44,907 nucleotides of DNA from Candidatus Omnitrophota bacterium (GCA_007135805.1 SLID01000045.1:1-44907); one strand, 5' to 3'. Positions 16,446 to 26,507 are shown, counted from the stretch's first letter. The notes: generated by a model from the sequence alone, not told the origin. Numbers and translations: made by a program.

Positions 16446-18049
16446 TACAGAGGGACCCGAGATTTTATGTTACCGGATACTGCGGAAAAGATCCACGTGA
16501 AGCTCCTTTCTACCTGAGGTCTTTGTATTTTGACGGACCGGACGGCGACCTTAATGCCGGACTCATAGAAGAGTTCAATTCCCGTGTTGCTTCTTCGGAC
16601 AAATACGCCGGGAGCCGGCTCCTGCCGTTTGAAGCTCAGGCGCGAGAGCCGCGGGCGCCGGAAAAGGTCATTATAATAAACGCTTCCTTCGATAACCTGC
16701 CGACTTCTCACGAGACCGCCAGGATATTCCGCGAATACTTAACTGAGCGGGGTTACGACGCGGAAGTGAAGGTGGTAGATACACTGGAAGATCTTACGGC
16801 GGAATGTTCGGAAGACCCTGGTAATGTTCTGGCCATAAGCCAGTGTGTGGACCGCGATGCTTACAATGTTGATGTCTGCCGAAACCTTGAAAAAAGGGGA
16901 GTGGTGGTTGTTCCCGGAAAAGTGACCGCCCCGGGAAGCATTTTTTCTGACAAGGACTCTACGTACCGGCTGCTTTCGGAGGATCTGAAAAAATGGGACA
17001 AGGTTGCCAGATACGCGGCGGTAGATGTGAATGGCAGGAGTACCTCTCAGGTAGTGGATGAGGTGCTCCGACTTGTCGAGGAGCTTCGCGGGCTTACCGG
17101 AAAAGATGTTTTTTTTGTTAAACCCAATGAAGGAGGCGGAGGTCTGGGAGGTTTCAGGATAACCAGGACGAAAACAGGTTATGTCATTCCGGACCTGTCG
17201 AAGGTTTCGGGCGACATAAGCGATATCCATCCCACTTACATAGATCTCGATACGGAAAACCGCGATAAACTCGCGGAAGCGGTATGGATATACCGCCTGT
17301 TCCGTTCGGATGAGAAGATGGCCGCCAGTTATCTACGCGTGAACCTGCCGCTCCAAGACGATCCCGGGCCTCTGGACCAGGATGTCATGAAAAAATATCT
17401 CGAAGAGTCCGCCGTTAAGCGCTCCGCAATGCTCGAAAAAATGACATTGGATCCCGAAACGGCCCGGGAAAAACTTATTTCGGCCATAGGCGCTTTTGAA
17501 ACTAAGTTCAATAGGCGTTACGTTCCTCTGGTGAACGAACATCTGGATTTCGGATTATGGGGGCTCAGGGCTCATTACCGCGTTTCAAAAAGGGGGCCGG
17601 TACTTGAAGGGATGTACCACCGTATCTTCCAGTTGGCTTTTACGGAAGAGGGCCTTGGTTATCTGGGGTCTGACAACATTTCCAACAAGCAGACCGGGGC
17701 ACTCGAGATACCGCGATTGGGTCCTGTAAATAGCGTAATGCTCGGCGCGGTGGGAGGGAAAGAAGCGTTGTTCGAGACTTTGGAAAAAGGTGTGGACGCC
17801 GTTATCGCTCTTTCTGCGCTATTGCCGGAAGATGAGGCCCGGCGGGTCCCGGTGCGCGCCCAGCTTGACCTGGCGGCCCCGGCAAGACGTATCGGCGAAG
17901 GTAACGCTGATACCGCCAGGGGGCTTTGTCTGGCGTCCCGGTGGGTGGATTTTGTAGCTAATGCCAGAGAGTGGGCTGAAGACAGCTTGTCTTACTACGC
18001 GTGGAAGCGGCATGTTGAAAAAAAGTATAACCGTGATGCGACAACTTGA
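16442..18049 (+). CDS. Divergent ATP-grasp-fold protein
   Basis: SDKDSTY, FFVKPNEGGGGLGGFRI, NEHLD, QLDLA...IGEGNA (ExN); ATGA overlap with upstream gene. Confidence 0.65.
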   Translation: MIQRDPRFYVTGYCGKDPREAPFYLRSLYFDGPDGDLNAGLIEEFNSRVASSDKYAGSRLLPFEAQAREPRAPEKVIIINASFDNLPTSHETARIFREYLTERGYDAEVKVVDTLEDLTAECSEDPGNVLAISQCVDRDAYNVDVCRNLEKRGVVVVPGKVTAPGSIFSDKDSTYRLLSEDLKKWDKVARYAAVDVNGRSTSQVVDEVLRLVEELRGLTGKDVFFVKPNEGGGGLGGFRITRTKTGYVIPDLSKVSGDISDIHPTYIDLDTENRDKLAEAVWIYRLFRSDEKMAASYLRVNLPLQDDPGPLDQDVMKKYLEESAVKRSAMLEKMTLDPETAREKLISAIGAFETKFNRRYVPLVNEHLDFGLWGLRAHYRVSKRGPVLEGMYHRIFQLAFTEEGLGYLGSDNISNKQTGALEIPRLGPVNSVMLGAVGGKEALFETLEKGVDAVIALSALLPEDEARRVPVRAQLDLAAPARRIGEGNADTARGLCLASRWVDFVANAREWAEDSLSYYAWKRHVEKKYNRDATT

Positions 18050-18073
18050 GAATAAATTCGCTTTGGGGATAGT

Positions 18074-19792
18074 ATGGGCGCTGTAGCGATAGTTACTGCC
18101 GCAGTGGCCCTGTTCGCCGCGGCATACAAGTTTTACGGTTCTTTTGTGGCTCGCCGGGTGTTTGGCTCCGATCGGTCTGGGCCGGTTCCGAGCCGCGCGT
18201 TACGGGATAATGTGGATTATTTTCCCACCAGACGCGAGGTGCTGTTCGGGCACCATTTCGCTTCGATAGCTGGTACAGGCCCGATAGTCGGGCCTGCGAT
18301 AGCGGTAATATGGGGCTGGGTACCGGCGCTCATGTGGATACTACTGGGTTCTGTGTTTGCCGGGGCGGTTCACGACTATGGGGCTATGATCATATCGACC
18401 CGGAACAAGGGAAGATCCATAGGGGAGATATCGAGAGATATTATAAGCACCCGTGTGCGGACTTTGTTTCTCTTTATGACACTTTTTTCCCTGTGGATAG
18501 TGGTGGCGATATTTGGCATGGTCATGGCCGTTATCTTTGATATGTATCCACAGTCTGTTATCGCCGTATGGGTCCAGATACCCATCGCCATGGCAGTGGG
18601 GTATTTTTCCTACCGCAAGGGGTGGAACATTACGGCAATGTCTTTTGCCGCGGTCGCTCTGATCTATGTTCTGATCTATCTTGGGGTGATCTTTCCTTTG
18701 AAAATGCCCGCGGTACTGGGTTTATCTCCCATGGGGGTATGGATAGTTCTTCTTCTGGTGTACGCTTATGCAGCTTCGGTCCTGCCTGTATGGACGCTTC
18801 TTCAGCCGCGCGATTATATTAATTCGCATCAGCTTTTTCTGGGGCTTGGTGTTATAATGACGGCTATATTTTTCGCCCGTCCTGAAATAGTGGCTCCGGC
18901 TGTCCGGTTCGATCCTCCGGGAGCGCCGCCGATACTGCCGTTTCTTTTTATAACGGTCGCGTGCGGAGCTATATCGGGATTTCACGCTCTGGTGGGTTCA
19001 GGCACCAGTTCCAAACAGGTCGCGAGTGAAAAAGATGTAAAATTCGTGGGTTTTGGCGGAATGCTTACGGAAGGGTTTCTTGGTGTTCTGGTTTTAGTGG
19101 CTGTTGCGGCCGGTATAGGCATATACGCGAAGGGTAGCGCCGGAGAAGAACTTTCCGGTATGGCGGCCTGGAGCCACCATTATTCCAGCTGGGACACGGC
19201 TGACGGGCTTACCGCAAAAATAACGGCTTTTGTAAATGGCTCGGCCAATATGATGGGATCTATGGGGATACCTTTGAGATATTCGCAGGCGATGATAGGG
19301 GTTCTTGTCGCTTCTTTTGCCGGGACTACACTGGATACGGCCACGAGGATACAAAGATATGTTTTCGGGGAACTGGTTGCCGAGACTCCCTTGAAACCGC
19401 TATCCGAGAGGTACACAGCGACTTTTGTCGTGGTAGCCTGCGCGGCTTTTCTGGCGTTCTCCAGCGGAGGCGGGGTAGGGGCTTTGCTCTTATGGCCGCT
19501 TTTCGGCGTAAGCAACCAGCTGTTGGCGGCCCTGGTTCTTCTGGTCGTTACCATGTACCTGGTAAAAAAGAGGAACGGTAAGGTCTGGGTAACGGCATTT
19601 CCCATGGTTTTCATGATGATATTCTCGATATGGGCCATGGTTGTCAGCCTTCCCCATTTTCTGGCTACCCGGTCTTTTTTGAGGTTTGTAATAGGGCTTT
19701 TTCTTATGGCGCTTGTCGTATGGACTATTGTGGAAGCTCTCAGGTGTTTGCGCCCGGGGACTGGGGAACGGCAGCGGACAGAGGTTGTTTAG
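18074..19792 (+). CDS. cstA: Carbon starvation protein A family transporter
   Basis: LFGHHFASIAGTGPIVGP, LLQPRDYIN, ACGAISGFH, TTLDTATR, WPLFGVSNQLLA; many TM helices. Confidence 0.93.
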   Translation: MGAVAIVTAAVALFAAAYKFYGSFVARRVFGSDRSGPVPSRALRDNVDYFPTRREVLFGHHFASIAGTGPIVGPAIAVIWGWVPALMWILLGSVFAGAVHDYGAMIISTRNKGRSIGEISRDIISTRVRTLFLFMTLFSLWIVVAIFGMVMAVIFDMYPQSVIAVWVQIPIAMAVGYFSYRKGWNITAMSFAAVALIYVLIYLGVIFPLKMPAVLGLSPMGVWIVLLLVYAYAASVLPVWTLLQPRDYINSHQLFLGLGVIMTAIFFARPEIVAPAVRFDPPGAPPILPFLFITVACGAISGFHALVGSGTSSKQVASEKDVKFVGFGGMLTEGFLGVLVLVAVAAGIGIYAKGSAGEELSGMAAWSHHYSSWDTADGLTAKITAFVNGSANMMGSMGIPLRYSQAMIGVLVASFAGTTLDTATRIQRYVFGELVAETPLKPLSERYTATFVVVACAAFLAFSSGGGVGALLLWPLFGVSNQLLAALVLLVVTMYLVKKRNGKVWVTAFPMVFMMIFSIWAMVVSLPHFLATRSFLRFVIGLFLMALVVWTIVEALRCLRPGTGERQRTEVV

Positions 19793-19819
19793 GGGTATTC
19801 CTTATGGGGCGGTGACGCT

Positions 19820-19896
19820 TGGCGCGCCCGGCAGGACTCGAACCTGCGGCCAACTGGTTCGAAGCCAGTTGCTCTATCCATCTGAGCTACGGGCGC
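19820..19896 (-). tRNA. tRNA-Arg(TCG)
   Basis: Cloverleaf, A20, anticodon arm ACTGG-CT-TCG-AA-CCAGT, CCA. Confidence 0.93.
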
Positions 19897-19945
19897 TTAT
19901 GCAACTAAGAGTATCAGCTAACAGCGTAAAAGTAAAGGAGAAAAA

Positions 19946-20779
19946 ATGAACGAACAGAGTGACTTACAGGACAAAAGGATACAAAAAATACACTCGAAGC
20001 TTGTCGGGGGTATACGGGAATATATGACCATGCATGGTTTTAAAAAAACGGTTATAGGGCTTTCCGGGGGGGTTGATTCGGCAGTGGTCTGCTGTCTGGC
20101 CGAGGCAGCGGCCGGTCGGGAGAACGTGCTTGGGATATCAATGCCGTCGAGGTATTCAGCGCCCGAAAGCAATATCCTGGCGGCTATCCTCGCGGAAAAC
20201 CTCGGGATAACATTCAAGTCCATGGCGATAGATCCCGTATATGACTCTTACCTGGAGATCCTTGAGGAACATCTGGGGAAAAGCGAAGAAGACAGCGTGG
20301 AGATACACCATCAGAATATACAGGCAAGGATAAGGGGCAACATATTGATGGCATTTTCCAACAAATATGGTCATCTGGTCCTCGCCACCGGCAACAGGAG
20401 TGAGGCGATGATGGGTTATTGCACTCTTTACGGGGATACCGTAGGGGGGCTCGCGGTCATATCGGATCTGTCAAAGACCGATGTCTATCTGCTTGCTGAG
20501 TACATAAACCGTGATCAGGAGATCATTCCAACGCTTACTATCGAAAGGGAGCCCTCGGCCGAGCTTAAACCGGGGCAGAAGGACCGGGACTCTCTTCCGC
20601 CGTATGATGTCCTTGACGTGATATTGCGGCTTTATCTGGATGAAAAAGTTCCGCGAGACGGTATCGTCGAGAGAGGGTTTGATCCCGGCACGGTGAATGA
20701 GGTGCTGAGGGCGATAGAGACGTCGGAGTATAAAAGGCGACAATGCCCGCAGGGCATCCCGCTTGAGGATATCCGGTAA
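19946..20779 (+). CDS. nadE: NAD+ synthetase (single domain, no glutaminase)
   Basis: GLSGGVDSA, QNIQARIRG, TGNRSE, GYCTLYGD, PSAELKPGQKD motifs. Confidence 0.92.
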   Translation: MNEQSDLQDKRIQKIHSKLVGGIREYMTMHGFKKTVIGLSGGVDSAVVCCLAEAAAGRENVLGISMPSRYSAPESNILAAILAENLGITFKSMAIDPVYDSYLEILEEHLGKSEEDSVEIHHQNIQARIRGNILMAFSNKYGHLVLATGNRSEAMMGYCTLYGDTVGGLAVISDLSKTDVYLLAEYINRDQEIIPTLTIEREPSAELKPGQKDRDSLPPYDVLDVILRLYLDEKVPRDGIVERGFDPGTVNEVLRAIETSEYKRRQCPQGIPLEDIR

Positions 20780-20931
20780 TATCGCGGCGCGTTTTTTTGG
20801 AGCCCGGGCCTTAAGGGGTATCTTTCGACAGCAAGATCAGGGTTGAAAAATATCACTAAAGCATATATAGTACATCTCTAGGAAAAGTAACTAAGCGACT
20901 AAATACCAATAATATTAAAAGAAGGAGAGGC

Positions 20932-21870
20932 ATGGCTAACGAAACAGTATTCAAACGTTATAAAGGCAACCCTATAGTGACCCCCGCGGCGGTGCCCAGG
21001 GCGAACAGTATACACAACAGCGCCATAGTGCCGTTCGAGGACGGGTACGCGGGTGTTTTCAGGGTGGATGAGATAGACCTGAATTTCACCATGCATGTCG
21101 GTTTCAGTAAGGACGGTATTTCCTGGGAGATCGATCCGCAAGCCGTAAATCTGGATTGTCCCGAAGAATATCTCAAGATCAAGGATCGTACATACGACCC
21201 GCGTCTTACAAAGATAGAGGACACATATTACTTTACGTGGTGTCTTGACTCGCCCCAGGGGCCGCTTATCGGTATGGCCACAACCAAAGATTTTAAGACC
21301 TTTTCCCAGAAAGAGAACCTTACTTTACCCGCGAACAGGAATTGTGTGATTTTCCCCCGAAAAGTCGACGGCAAGTTCGCCATGTATTCAAGGCCCAGCG
21401 ATATGGGACACACGCCTTTCGGGGCCATTTTCTACTCGACCAGTCCCGATATGGTGCATTGGGGCAATCATCGCTTTGTGTTCGGTCCGCAGAGGAGCAG
21501 CTGGCAGTCGACCAAAGTCGGCCCCGGGCCGGCACCCATAGAGATAGAGGAAGGGTGGCTCCTGATATACCATGGGGTATGGACAAGTTGCAATGGGTAT
21601 ATATACTACGCGGGCGGCGCGATACTGGACAAGTATGAACCGTGGAAGGTGTTACATAGGACAAAAGATTATCTTCTGGCGCCCACGGAGGATTATGAGA
21701 GGGTCGGGGATGTCCCCAACGTGGTTTTTCCCTCCTCGGCGGTAGTTTTGGGAGATAAAGTTAGGATATATTACGGTTGCGCGGATACGTGCATCTCAAT
21801 CGCTGAGGCTGATCTGGGTGAGCTGGTAGATTTTATAAAGACCCGCGGTGTTCCGGAACCGAGTGTTTAG
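20932..21870 (+). CDS. GH130 family mannoside phosphorylase/glycosidase
   Basis: GNPI, YDPR, NRNCVIFP, SRPSD, WLLIYHGV, GDVPNVVFP, YYGCAD. Confidence 0.9.
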   Translation: MANETVFKRYKGNPIVTPAAVPRANSIHNSAIVPFEDGYAGVFRVDEIDLNFTMHVGFSKDGISWEIDPQAVNLDCPEEYLKIKDRTYDPRLTKIEDTYYFTWCLDSPQGPLIGMATTKDFKTFSQKENLTLPANRNCVIFPRKVDGKFAMYSRPSDMGHTPFGAIFYSTSPDMVHWGNHRFVFGPQRSSWQSTKVGPGPAPIEIEEGWLLIYHGVWTSCNGYIYYAGGAILDKYEPWKVLHRTKDYLLAPTEDYERVGDVPNVVFPSSAVVLGDKVRIYYGCADTCISIAEADLGELVDFIKTRGVPEPSV

Positions 21871-21916
21871 GCCGGGACCCATTACGAAAAGATGCTGAAA
21901 AAAGCGAACTCGACGC

Positions 21917-21946
21917 TTGCGGAATTTTCGGGTATTGTGATATAAT
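21917..21946 (+). promoter_or_regulatory. Promoter of tRNA-Lys/Gly
   Basis: TTGCGG-18 bp-TATAAT with extended -10 TGn. Confidence 0.6.
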
Positions 21947-21983
21947 ACGCAGGCCGAAGATAGCTGTAAGGCAAGAGTCCAGA

Positions 21984-22059
21984 GCCCGCATAGCTCAGCT
22001 GGTAGAGCAACTGACTCTTAATCAGTGGGTCCAAGGTTCGAATCCTTGTGCGGGTACCA
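21984..22059 (+). tRNA. tRNA-Lys(CTT)
   Basis: Anticodon arm ACTGA-CT-CTT-AA-TCAGT, CCA. Confidence 0.95.
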
Positions 22060-22175
22060 TGTTTCTGGATGTTTCAAAGGATGTTGGGGCCCGGCATGAG
22101 GCACAAGTTCGGGATGCTTTTGGGTTGTGTGGGTGCCGATTCCTCAGAGGCATTGAAATAAAACGAGTATGAAGG

Positions 22176-22251
22176 GCGGGTGTAGCTCAGTTGGTAGAGC
22201 ATCACGTTGCCAACGTGATTGTCGTCGGTTCGAGTCCGATCACCCGCTCCA
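22176..22251 (+). tRNA. tRNA-Gly(GCC)
   Basis: Anticodon arm TCACG-TT-GCC-AA-CGTGA, U73, CCA. Confidence 0.95.
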
Positions 22252-22361
22252 TATGTCAAGCCTGGATGAACAGGGTTTAAAGTGATAAAACCCATGGCCA
22301 AGTTGTCCCTGAGTTTCGAGATCCCGCGAAAACAAACCATATCTTACAAGAAGAGGAGAAA

Positions 22362-22832
22362 ATGAACATATACGAAATGCTCAACAAAGATGCGATAAGT
22401 ATAGATCTTGAGGCAGACGCTAAAGAAAGTGTTTTGCAGGAACTGGTAGGGCTTCTCGTGTCCTCGGGTAGTGTGAGGAAAGAGGACAAAGCGGATATAC
22501 TCAAAAAAGTCAGGGAAAGAGAGACCCTCGGTTCCACAGGAATAGGAAAGGGAATAGCCATACCTCACGCTAAGTGCGCCAAGCTCAAAAAAATGGGAGC
22601 GGCATTTGGGATATCGACAGCAGGTTTGAATTTCAAGTCTCTTGACGGAGAACCGACCCACATTTTTTTCCTTCTGGTTACTCCCGGTGAAACGCCGGGG
22701 CCCCATCTCAAGGCATTAGCTAAGATCTCTCGCTTACTCGATGACAAGTTCATACGGGATAAACTTAGAGCGGCTTCAAGCGCCAAAGAAGTTTTACGCA
22801 TCATCAAGGAAGAAGAGCTGAAAAAAGGATAA
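22362..22832 (+). CDS. ptsN: PTS EIIA component (Ntr/Fru type)
   Basis: RETLGSTGIGKGIAIPHAK phospho-His motif, HLKALAKISR. Confidence 0.85.
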   Translation: MNIYEMLNKDAISIDLEADAKESVLQELVGLLVSSGSVRKEDKADILKKVRERETLGSTGIGKGIAIPHAKCAKLKKMGAAFGISTAGLNFKSLDGEPTHIFFLLVTPGETPGPHLKALAKISRLLDDKFIRDKLRAASSAKEVLRIIKEEELKKG

Positions 22833-22882
22833 TTATCCAGGCGGTCAGCGCTGAACGGAACGCCGGTAGTTGCCGGAAAATT

Positions 22883-24127
22883 ATGAGTATTCAAAAGCTT
22901 AAGTGGCTTTACCCTGGTATGCTCGTCAAGAGATGGATAACCTTCGCGGTATTCGGGATATTCATGGTGTCGATGGGTTTTGTGGTGGTAATAGCCGAGC
23001 CCAATCCCCAGAACAAAGCTATGGCCGGCGTAGTAATAATGCTGGGGATAGGAAGTGTTATTTTCGCGGTCAAGCGGATACTAAGGTCTCTTATGACGGC
23101 TATCGCGCCCGTAGGGGGAATGGGCAGAAGCGATCTTGTCGAGAAGATATATGAGCGCCGGATATTGGAAAAGGGGCCGAAAGTGGTTGTGGTGGGAGGC
23201 GGGACAGGCCTTTCCACGCTCCTTAAAGGCCTTAAACACCGTACAAGCAACATAACGGCCATAGTGACGGTCGCGGATGATGGAGGGTCTTCGGGGCGCC
23301 TGCGTGAGGAATTCGGGGTTCTTCCGCCCGGGGATATAAGGAACTGTCTTGTCGCGTTGTCCGATTCGGAAGATATCCTGGGACCTCTTTTTCAGTTCAG
23401 GTTCACTCAGGGGAAAGGGCTTGACGGACACAATTTCGGTAACCTTTTCATAACGGCCCTGGCAAGGGTTACCGGGGATTTTGCCAAAGCCATAAGGGAA
23501 TCGAGCAAGGTCCTGGCGATAAGGGGCAGAGTATATCCCGCTACATTGGAAACCGTAAGACTCGTGGCCAGGCGGGAGAACGGGGTTGAAACCCTGGGAG
23601 AATGCCATCTGCGGGATGAAAAAGGCAGTCCCATAGACCGGCTCTTGTTAGACCCCAAAGACTGCCGCGCTACCAGCGAGTCCCTTGACGCGATCAGAGA
23701 AGCGGACGTAATAATTCTCGGGCCGGGAAGTCTTTATACCAGCGTTATGCCTAATCTGCTTATTGAAGGCATACAGAACGCGATAGTGAGGTCAAAGGCT
23801 GTTAAGATTTACATATGCAACGTGATGACGGAGTCCGGAGAAACCGATGGGTATTCGGTAAGCGACCATGTCAAGGCGATAATAAAACATACTCGCCCGG
23901 GTATTGTCAACTGCTGTGTGGCAAATGTCTCACGTGTTCCTAAAGATCTTTACGAAAGATACAGATCGGAAGGGCAGTTTCCCGTTAAGCTCGATGAAAT
24001 GGACGAGAAGTGGATGAAAGATGAAAAGATAACTTTGGTGAAATCTCAGATCTCCTGTGCCAGAGAGTTTGTCCGGCATGACCCTGAAAAGTTGACAGAA
24101 ATTTTGATGGATGTGATAGAAAAATGA
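22883..24127 (+). CDS. yvcK: YvcK/GlmR gluconeogenesis factor (CofD-like) with N-terminal TM helices
   Basis: GGGTGLS, VTVADDGGSSG, PPGDIRNC, GHNFGN, GPGSLYTS, RHDP. Confidence 0.9.
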   Translation: MSIQKLKWLYPGMLVKRWITFAVFGIFMVSMGFVVVIAEPNPQNKAMAGVVIMLGIGSVIFAVKRILRSLMTAIAPVGGMGRSDLVEKIYERRILEKGPKVVVVGGGTGLSTLLKGLKHRTSNITAIVTVADDGGSSGRLREEFGVLPPGDIRNCLVALSDSEDILGPLFQFRFTQGKGLDGHNFGNLFITALARVTGDFAKAIRESSKVLAIRGRVYPATLETVRLVARRENGVETLGECHLRDEKGSPIDRLLLDPKDCRATSESLDAIREADVIILGPGSLYTSVMPNLLIEGIQNAIVRSKAVKIYICNVMTESGETDGYSVSDHVKAIIKHTRPGIVNCCVANVSRVPKDLYERYRSEGQFPVKLDEMDEKWMKDEKITLVKSQISCAREFVRHDPEKLTEILMDVIEK

Positions 24128-26187
24128 GGAACGTCCGATCATACGGAAAACAGAAGAAAGCTAAATTCGCCATGGCGTTTCACGCGTTCCAGCCGGTGTT
24201 TAATTTTGAGGAGGAGCTGGAGAAAGCCTTCCAACTCGCGTATGGGCCTTTTTTAGGAGTTATGAAAAAATTCCCCGGCATAAAGGGCACTTTTCATTTT
24301 TCAGGGAATGTGCTGGAATGGTTGTCGAAACAACACCCCGAATATATCGAGACTTTGCGTGATATGCTTGGAAGCGGCCAGATAGAGATCATGGGAGGCG
24401 GGTTTTTTGAGCCCGTAATGTCGGTTATTCCCCGCAACGACGCGGTTGAACAATTGAGAATGATGAACGCGAAACTGGATGAGATTTTCGCCTTGAAGCC
24501 GGAGGGAGTATGGACCACAGAAAGAGTATGGCACAGAAACCTGGTGGATATTTTCAGGCAGGAAGGGATAAAATATACCATTCTTGACGACAACCATCTT
24601 TTGTCGACCTATTCCGGGGATCGCGGAAAGTTTTCCCCGTGTGTTACCTCGGGCGATACTGAAGATATAACCATCTGTCCTTCATCAGCCCAGTTGAGGT
24701 ACCTGATACCTTTCCGGCCTGTCAGGGAGATCTTGAGATACATGAAAGACGTTATGTCCAGGAGTGAAGGAGTTGCTCCGTGTTTCTTTTTCGCGGATGA
24801 CCTGGAAAAATTCGGCCTCTGGCCCCGCACACACGCTCATGTTTACAGTAAAAAATGGCTTGAGAAGTTTTTCAAAGCTCTGGAGAGAGAAAGTGAATGG
24901 CTAGAAACCGCGACTTACGCGGAACTGGCCGGCATCGAGGGGAAACCCGACCTGGGAGTCCTCCCGCCTGGAAGTTATGGAGAAATGGACGGTTGGAGCG
25001 GAGGGGACTTTACCAATTTCATGAAAAAATATCCCGAATCCGGACGCATGTACGAAAGGATGCTTGATGTGAGCGGACGAGTATCGGATATGGTCTCGCG
25101 GGCAGACCACCCCGACAGCGCCGCCCGTTTTGAAAATGCGAAAGAGGAACTTTTCAAAGCGCAGACAAGCTGTCCGTATTGGCACGGGACTTTCGGGGGC
25201 GTGTACCTTCCCCACCTGAGGAGCGGGGTGTATACGCACATAATAAGGGCTGAAAAGATGCTGCGCGCCGTGCCTGAGGGGCCGGAAAGCGATGTTTACC
25301 GCGGCGAAAGAAAGACCGGAGACGGCGGGGCCGAAGAAGTTCTTGGCAACAGTCATCTTAAACTTTACGTGAACCCCTGCCGTGGAGCCTGCATAGAGGA
25401 GATAGACCTTATGGCCAGGGAAATAAATCCGTTGACCGCTTTTTCCAGGCGCGAGGAAAAATACCACAGAAAGCTTGAAACAGGTTACGGTTCGGTTATA
25501 AGGAAGGCCCGGAGAAAGGCATTGAGAGGCGACCTGGGAGACATAGACATACACGAGTTGTTAGGTGTAGGGGAAAGGGGTCTCAAAAAGTTATTGTCTT
25601 ACGACGGGTACAGGAGAGTTGGTTTCATTACGCGGGTCATACCTGGCCGCGTGAAGTGGGAAAGCTTGGTGGACGTCGATAAGTCCCCCGGAGGTTTCAT
25701 GGATGGCAATTATCGAATGGATCCGGTAAGTTGTGACGGCTCCGTAACCCGCGTTTACACAAGGAGAGAAACTATTCAGGCAAACGCTGGCCGTTCGATC
25801 GATATGGAAATAACTAAAAAGGTAACGCTGGGTTTTACCCGGGATTTTAATATTTCACAGAGCGCGAGATCCTTTTCGGAACACGCGGAGGGCATCAGTA
25901 TATGCGCCGAATTCAACTTTCTGGTATGGGACACTGAGGCCATGAAAGGGCCGAAGACATATACGGCCGCCTCGGTACAGTTTGAGGACAGATATTCGGG
26001 GCTTACCATCGAGATCGTGTCGGATACTCCGCTGCAGATCACGACGTATCCGGTTTATACCGTCAACGAAACTGAGCGGGGGCTCGGTAAGACTTTTCAG
26101 GGGATATGTGTGGTGATGGGAGATAGCTACGCGCTTTCCGAGGGCCATGAGCAAATTGAACAGGCCATAACTGTTCGTATGAGGTGA
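24124..26187 (+). CDS. GH57 alpha-amylase/4-alpha-glucanotransferase
   Basis: HFSG, GGGFFEP, GVWTTERVW (nucleophile Glu), DDLEKFGLWP (acid/base Asp), YWHGTFGGVYLPHLR. Confidence 0.88.
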   Translation: MRNVRSYGKQKKAKFAMAFHAFQPVFNFEEELEKAFQLAYGPFLGVMKKFPGIKGTFHFSGNVLEWLSKQHPEYIETLRDMLGSGQIEIMGGGFFEPVMSVIPRNDAVEQLRMMNAKLDEIFALKPEGVWTTERVWHRNLVDIFRQEGIKYTILDDNHLLSTYSGDRGKFSPCVTSGDTEDITICPSSAQLRYLIPFRPVREILRYMKDVMSRSEGVAPCFFFADDLEKFGLWPRTHAHVYSKKWLEKFFKALERESEWLETATYAELAGIEGKPDLGVLPPGSYGEMDGWSGGDFTNFMKKYPESGRMYERMLDVSGRVSDMVSRADHPDSAARFENAKEELFKAQTSCPYWHGTFGGVYLPHLRSGVYTHIIRAEKMLRAVPEGPESDVYRGERKTGDGGAEEVLGNSHLKLYVNPCRGACIEEIDLMAREINPLTAFSRREEKYHRKLETGYGSVIRKARRKALRGDLGDIDIHELLGVGERGLKKLLSYDGYRRVGFITRVIPGRVKWESLVDVDKSPGGFMDGNYRMDPVSCDGSVTRVYTRRETIQANAGRSIDMEITKKVTLGFTRDFNISQSARSFSEHAEGISICAEFNFLVWDTEAMKGPKTYTAASVQFEDRYSGLTIEIVSDTPLQITTYPVYTVNETERGLGKTFQGICVVMGDSYALSEGHEQIEQAITVRMR

Positions 26188-26191
26188 TACA

Positions 26192-26470
26192 ATGCCCCAA
26201 CTTGAGAAACAGATAATAATAAAGAACAGGACCGGGCTTCACGCCCGGCCAGCGGCGCTATTCGTGCAGAAGGCCAATAAGTACGAAAGTGATGTGAAGA
26301 TCTTGAAAGACGATCAGGAGGTTAACGGCAAGTCCATAATGGGCATACTTATGCTTGCCGCTGAGAAGGGAGCTCAAATAAAACTGGTCATAAACGGCGA
26401 AGACGCCGAAGCGGCCATGGAGGAACTTGAGGAGGTTCTGGCCGGCGATCTGGAAAAGGAAATGTCCTGA
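26192..26470 (+). CDS. ptsH: Phosphocarrier protein HPr
   Basis: GLHARPA (His15) and NGKSIMG (Ser46). Confidence 0.96.
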   Translation: MPQLEKQIIIKNRTGLHARPAALFVQKANKYESDVKILKDDQEVNGKSIMGILMLAAEKGAQIKLVINGEDAEAAMEELEEVLAGDLEKEMS

Positions 26471-26507
26471 TATAGCCGGCAGGCGCCTCGTAAGACAGGT
26501 GGAACTT

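Noticed and set aside
11742-19792. Graspetide or TOMM RiPP cluster call
   Set aside because: No precursor peptide, no YcaO, and the ATP-grasps lack recognisable graspetide-ligase features; kept only as a weak lead
19713-19949. ORF 19713-19949 and similar ORFs 22074-22340 and 37625-37906
   Set aside because: Antisense translations of tRNA genes
22060-22175. Partially self-complementary spacer between tRNA-Lys and tRNA-Gly
   Set aside because: Pairing is patchy with no recognisable ncRNA motif; consistent with an ordinary pre-tRNA spacer
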